Of a DNA stretch of 64,000 nucleotides, positions 60,123-64,000 are shown piece by piece (position 1 is the stretch's first letter; the number at the start of each line of letters is the position of its first letter). A program made the translations under genes and the position numbers. The notes below the pieces were generated by a model that made no database searches, was not told where the DNA came from, and saw nothing but the letters and a program-made list of their open reading frames with translations. Source of the stretch: an uncultured bacterium (lineage in GTDB: Bacteria > Patescibacteriota > Minisyncoccia > Phycocordibacterales > GWA1-40-21); contig CAILDB010000012.1 of NCBI GenBank assembly GCA_903832855.1, forward strand, positions 4,368 through 68,367, written 5' to 3'.

Positions 60123-62030
60123 ATGGAAATTAAAAAAATATATAAAAACGTTTTTTTTACAAAAATATTTAATTTTGTAAAAGTTCACAAGATTTGGTCT
60201 ATCATAATTATAGTTGCAATTATTGCTATTGGTTACTTTGTTTATCCCAAGATTTTTGCCAGTGGCACGACAGTTCAGTATACATTTGGGATGGTGAAAA
60301 AGGGTGATTTAGTCGTAAGTGTCTCTGGTTCAGGACAGGTTGCTACTTTAAGTAAGGTCTCTATCAAGCCAAATACCATAGGTCAGACGCAGACTTTGGG
60401 TCAGATAATTTCCGTAAAAGTGAAAAATGGTGATACTGTAAAGGCTGGACAGGTGGTAGCTATTCTTGATGGAAAAAACGCATTACAAACGCTCAATCAA
60501 GCAAAAGCTAGCTTGTTAAGTTCTCAAGCAAATTACGATAAGGTTGTTTCTGGTCTTACAGAATCAGAATTAATTTCCTTAAATGACAGTATAAATTCTG
60601 CACAAACATCTCTTGATAACTCAAAACAAAACATATTATTGAGTTTGAAAAGTGCTTATACTACCGTATCAAATTTATTTTATTTGAATACAGATTTATA
60701 TTTTACTGATCCGACGATAATTCCCACACTTACTATAAGCGGGGTCAATTTTATTAGTCAACAATTACAAAATAATGTTAATCAGGGAAGATACAATATT
60801 AATCCATTACTCAGCACATGGAGAGATACAGTAAAAACGCAAAGTGTATTGGTTGCTACTGACACAGGAGATGATTATATAAAGGGATCAATAAATAGTG
60901 TGTTGTCAGATTTGAACACAGTGAGAACTTATTTTGATGATATGGCAACACTTTTTGCATTGTATAGTGTGGCTTCAGATTCTACAGGGGCTACGTCTCT
61001 TGCCACTGCCAAAAGTGCTGCTTCAAGTGCAAGAGGAAGTGTGGATACACTTATAAGTTCACTGACATCTTCATTACAATCCTACAACAATTTAATAACA
61101 TCTCTCGAACAAGCCAAAGAAGATTTAAGATTACAACAAAAACCTCCAGAAGCGGCAACTTTGGCTACAGCTCAATCTTCTTTAGATAATGCAAAGGCAA
61201 CTTTGGCCAATGCTGAGACGGCTTATTCTGCAAGGATTATCACTGCTCCTTTTGACGGACAGATAGGTGGACTTTCGGCAGATGTCGGACAGCAAGTCTC
61301 TTCCTCAGATTCTTTGGGAACGCTTATTACTGCAGAAAAAGTTATAAATGTGACTTTGAACGAGGTTGATGCTGCCAAAGTTTTAGCGGGAAATTCTGTG
61401 ACAATTACCTTTGATTCCTTGCCGGGCGTTTCCCTTACTGGAAGTATAAACTACATTGATCCACTTGGAACCGTGACACAAGGCGTCGTTAGCTATGCTG
61501 TGCAAATTAAAATAAATAAACAAAATGACCAAGTAAAGACAGGAATGACAGCCTCGGTTGCTATTGTCACGACAGAGCATCTTAATACTCTTATAATCCC
61601 AACATCATCTATCACCACAAGTGGAGGAAAGAAATATGTTTTGGTTGCCGATATGTCATCATCTACATTCTCGGGTGCCAACATAAATTCTATTGGTTCT
61701 ACAACAAGAAATTTTTCCTCATCAACCAGAAGAAATTTTGCTTCATCTACTCTCGTTACATCAACCGGAGCAAACAGTAGCATGTCTCAAGGTATAACAA
61801 TGCAATATCCCGTAACTCAGGTTGGAATTACTGTAGGTATTTCAAATAATACAACTACCGAAGTTCTTTCCGGACTTACAGAGGGTCAACTTGTAGTTAC
61901 AAAGAAATCTACTGTTAGTGGAACAACGGTCAAAAGTACAGCTTCTTCAGCAACTACAAACACGAGAGGAGGTTTTGGAGGTGGAGCTGTTGGAACAGCT
62001 TCGGGATTTAGGGCACTCGGAGGAAATTAA
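60123..62030 (+). CDS. MacA-like periplasmic adaptor (membrane fusion protein)
   Basis: TM anchor, VKNGDTVKAGQ and APFDG lipoyl halves, long helical hairpin. Confidence 0.88.
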   Translation: MEIKKIYKNVFFTKIFNFVKVHKIWSIIIIVAIIAIGYFVYPKIFASGTTVQYTFGMVKKGDLVVSVSGSGQVATLSKVSIKPNTIGQTQTLGQIISVKVKNGDTVKAGQVVAILDGKNALQTLNQAKASLLSSQANYDKVVSGLTESELISLNDSINSAQTSLDNSKQNILLSLKSAYTTVSNLFYLNTDLYFTDPTIIPTLTISGVNFISQQLQNNVNQGRYNINPLLSTWRDTVKTQSVLVATDTGDDYIKGSINSVLSDLNTVRTYFDDMATLFALYSVASDSTGATSLATAKSAASSARGSVDTLISSLTSSLQSYNNLITSLEQAKEDLRLQQKPPEAATLATAQSSLDNAKATLANAETAYSARIITAPFDGQIGGLSADVGQQVSSSDSLGTLITAEKVINVTLNEVDAAKVLAGNSVTITFDSLPGVSLTGSINYIDPLGTVTQGVVSYAVQIKINKQNDQVKTGMTASVAIVTTEHLNTLIIPTSSITTSGGKKYVLVADMSSSTFSGANINSIGSTTRNFSSSTRRNFASSTLVTSTGANSSMSQGITMQYPVTQVGITVGISNNTTTEVLSGLTEGQLVVTKKSTVSGTTVKSTASSATTNTRGGFGGGAVGTASGFRALGGN

Positions 62031-62045
62031 AATTTTATAGTCAGT

Positions 62046-62774
62046 ATGATTGAGTGTAAAAATATTAAAAAAATTTATGTAAACGGAGAGGCCGAAACGA
62101 AAGCTCTCGGTGGAGTATCCTTTACTATAAAAGATGGAGAATTTGTTGCGATTATGGGTCCTTCGGGTTCTGGAAAGTCTACATTGATGCATATTTTAGG
62201 TGCGTTAGACACTCCTACTTCTGGAGAATATTTTCTTGATGGCGAAGATGTTTCCAAACTTACAGATGACGAGCTTGCCAATATCCGTGGTAATAAAATT
62301 GGTTTTGTTTTTCAATCTTTCAATCTTCTTCCGAGGACAGAAGTAATACGAAACGTCATTTTACCTTTGGTATATTTAAAAGTTTCTCCGGAAGAAAGGA
62401 AAATTAAAGCAGAATTAGCATTAAAATCCGCTGGACTTGAAGAAAACAGATGGCATCATCTTTCAAATCAACTTTCAGGTGGACAAATACAACGTGTAGC
62501 TATTGCTCGTGCACTTGTAAATGATCCTTCACTTATCATGGCAGACGAACCGACCGGGAATTTGGATACTAGAACCGGAGAAATTGTACTGAAAACTTTT
62601 CAGGATTTAAATAAAAAAGAAGGTCATACGATTATCCTTATTACTCACGAACTTGATGTTGCAGAACATGCGGATAGAATTATTCACATAAGGGATGGTT
62701 TGATATTGAGTGATGAGGCAAACAAAAATAAAAGAATTGTTGAACCGTGTATTTGTGAGGAAGTTAAAAAATAA
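62046..62774 (+). CDS. ABC transporter ATP-binding protein (MacB/LolD-like)
   Basis: [23 protein letters not shown]. Confidence 0.95.
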   Translation: MIECKNIKKIYVNGEAETKALGGVSFTIKDGEFVAIMGPSGSGKSTLMHILGALDTPTSGEYFLDGEDVSKLTDDELANIRGNKIGFVFQSFNLLPRTEVIRNVILPLVYLKVSPEERKIKAELALKSAGLEENRWHHLSNQLSGGQIQRVAIARALVNDPSLIMADEPTGNLDTRTGEIVLKTFQDLNKKEGHTIILITHELDVAEHADRIIHIRDGLILSDEANKNKRIVEPCICEEVKK

Positions 62775-62778
62775 AAGG

Positions 62779-64000
62779 ATGACAATCAAAGATTTATTAC
62801 AAGAAACGGCGACAGGATTATTATCGAATAAAGTTCGAACAGGACTTACGATGCTTGGTATAGTCATCGGTATTGCGTCTGTTATTGCGATGCTTGCTGT
62901 AGGTAATGGAGCGACAAGCACTATTCAATCCAGCATAGAATCTATAGGGTCAAATTTAGTTGTGATTTCTCCAGGAGCTCCCAGAACTCCAGGAAGTGCA
63001 GTAAACGCAAGTAGAGGATCTGCAAACACACTAACTATGTCAGATGTTGAAGCAATAAAAGAAGGAGTAACGAGTGCTAAATATGTAGCTCCTGTAGTTT
63101 CTTCACAGAAACAAATAATAGCAGCTGGAACAAACACCAATACCTCTGTCATAGGAACAACTCCATCATACTTTGATATCAAAAATATTACTATTAATTT
63201 AGGAGTATTTTTTTCAGATGAGCAGGTGACTCAAATGGCAAGAGTCGTGGTTATTGGTCCTACAACAAGAGACGATTTGTTTGGGGAAGGAGTAGATGCT
63301 ATCGGTAAGACAATAAGAATAAGCGGAAATGAATTTACAGTAATTGGCGTGACAGTAGCAAAGGGTGGAACAGGTCAGAGTAGCGCTGACGACGTTGTTT
63401 ATATTCCTATTACAGTTGCTCAACAATTTTTTACTGGAAATAAATATGTTTCTTCAATAAATATTTCTGCTCAAACTGCAGACTTGGTTACTGATGTGCA
63501 AAATCAAGCCACTGATATTTTACTCGCAAGACACAATATTACAGATCCTACCAAAGCGGATTTTAGTACAATGAATCAGTCGGATATGTTAGCGACAGCG
63601 TCCTCCATAACGACGACAATGACATATTTGCTTGCCGCTATAGCGGGTATATCTTTGCTTGTCGGTGGAATAGGAATTATGAATATGATGCTTACGACAG
63701 TCACGGAAAGGACACGGGAAATTGGTTTGAGAAAAGCGGTTGGAGCAAAAAAAAGAGATATTCGATTACAATTTTTAGTAGAATCAGTAGTGCTTACCGC
63801 TATTGGTGGAGTTATTGGTATACTTCTCGGAATAAGTATTGCTTGGGCGATAACTCTGACTGGATTATTGACCGCAAAAATATCAATATCGTCCGTTACT
63901 TTGTCCTTCGGGGTTTCTGCTTTGATAGGAATAATTTTTGGATATTATCCTGCGGCCAGAGCCTCCAACTTAAATCCAATAGACGCGTTAAGATATGAAT
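62779..64000 (+). CDS. ABC transporter permease (MacB/FtsX-like), stop codon just beyond the window
   Basis: LTMLGIVIGI, GGIGIMNMML..ERTREIGLRKA, YPA.RAS.LNPIDALRYE. Confidence 0.93.
   Translation, partial: MTIKDLLQETATGLLSNKVRTGLTMLGIVIGIASVIAMLAVGNGATSTIQSSIESIGSNLVVISPGAPRTPGSAVNASRGSANTLTMSDVEAIKEGVTSAKYVAPVVSSQKQIIAAGTNTNTSVIGTTPSYFDIKNITINLGVFFSDEQVTQMARVVVIGPTTRDDLFGEGVDAIGKTIRISGNEFTVIGVTVAKGGTGQSSADDVVYIPITVAQQFFTGNKYVSSINISAQTADLVTDVQNQATDILLARHNITDPTKADFSTMNQSDMLATASSITTTMTYLLAAIAGISLLVGGIGIMNMMLTTVTERTREIGLRKAVGAKKRDIRLQFLVESVVLTAIGGVIGILLGISIAWAITLTGLLTAKISISSVTLSFGVSALIGIIFGYYPAARASNLNPIDALRYE

Noticed and set aside
1-64000. CRISPR array
   Set aside because: The repeats are dispersed palindromes with no regular repeat-spacer periodicity, and no cas genes are seen.
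1-64000. UGA recoding (genetic code 25)
   Set aside because: Long conserved genes are intact under code 11, and TGA ends genes such as smc and trmD at the expected positions.

Overview
This is a low-GC bacterial chromosome segment. The gene set and compact proteins (short RpoB, short SMC, NusB-Nudix fusion, xfp/ackA) suggest Patescibacteria/CPR (Parcubacteria-like); that assignment is inference. Housekeeping genes include rpmF, nusB, rnc, smc, rnr, rpsP, trmD, rpoB, rpoC, dnaG, rpoD, uppP, hisS, typA, xfp, ackA, mltG, two purF copies, an ECF sigma locus and a MacAB-like ABC locus. Main accessory system: a multi-target diversity-generating retroelement (DGR) with TR at ~19045-19164, RT at 19533-20510 and avd on the opposite strand between them. 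It diversifies the C-terminus of a MoxR AAA+ ATPase encoded with a vWA partner, and a second target whose VR carries a 1-nt deletion. A third homologous protein next to another vWA gene has a VR-like tail that does not match this TR. Also present: a group I intron splitting the tRNA-Asn anticodon, a GIY-YIG nuclease bracketed by inverted REP-like palindromes, three palindromic repeat families with copies translated in frame inside uppP, rnr and trmD, and widespread leaderless-type promoters. All counts and alignments were done by eye.
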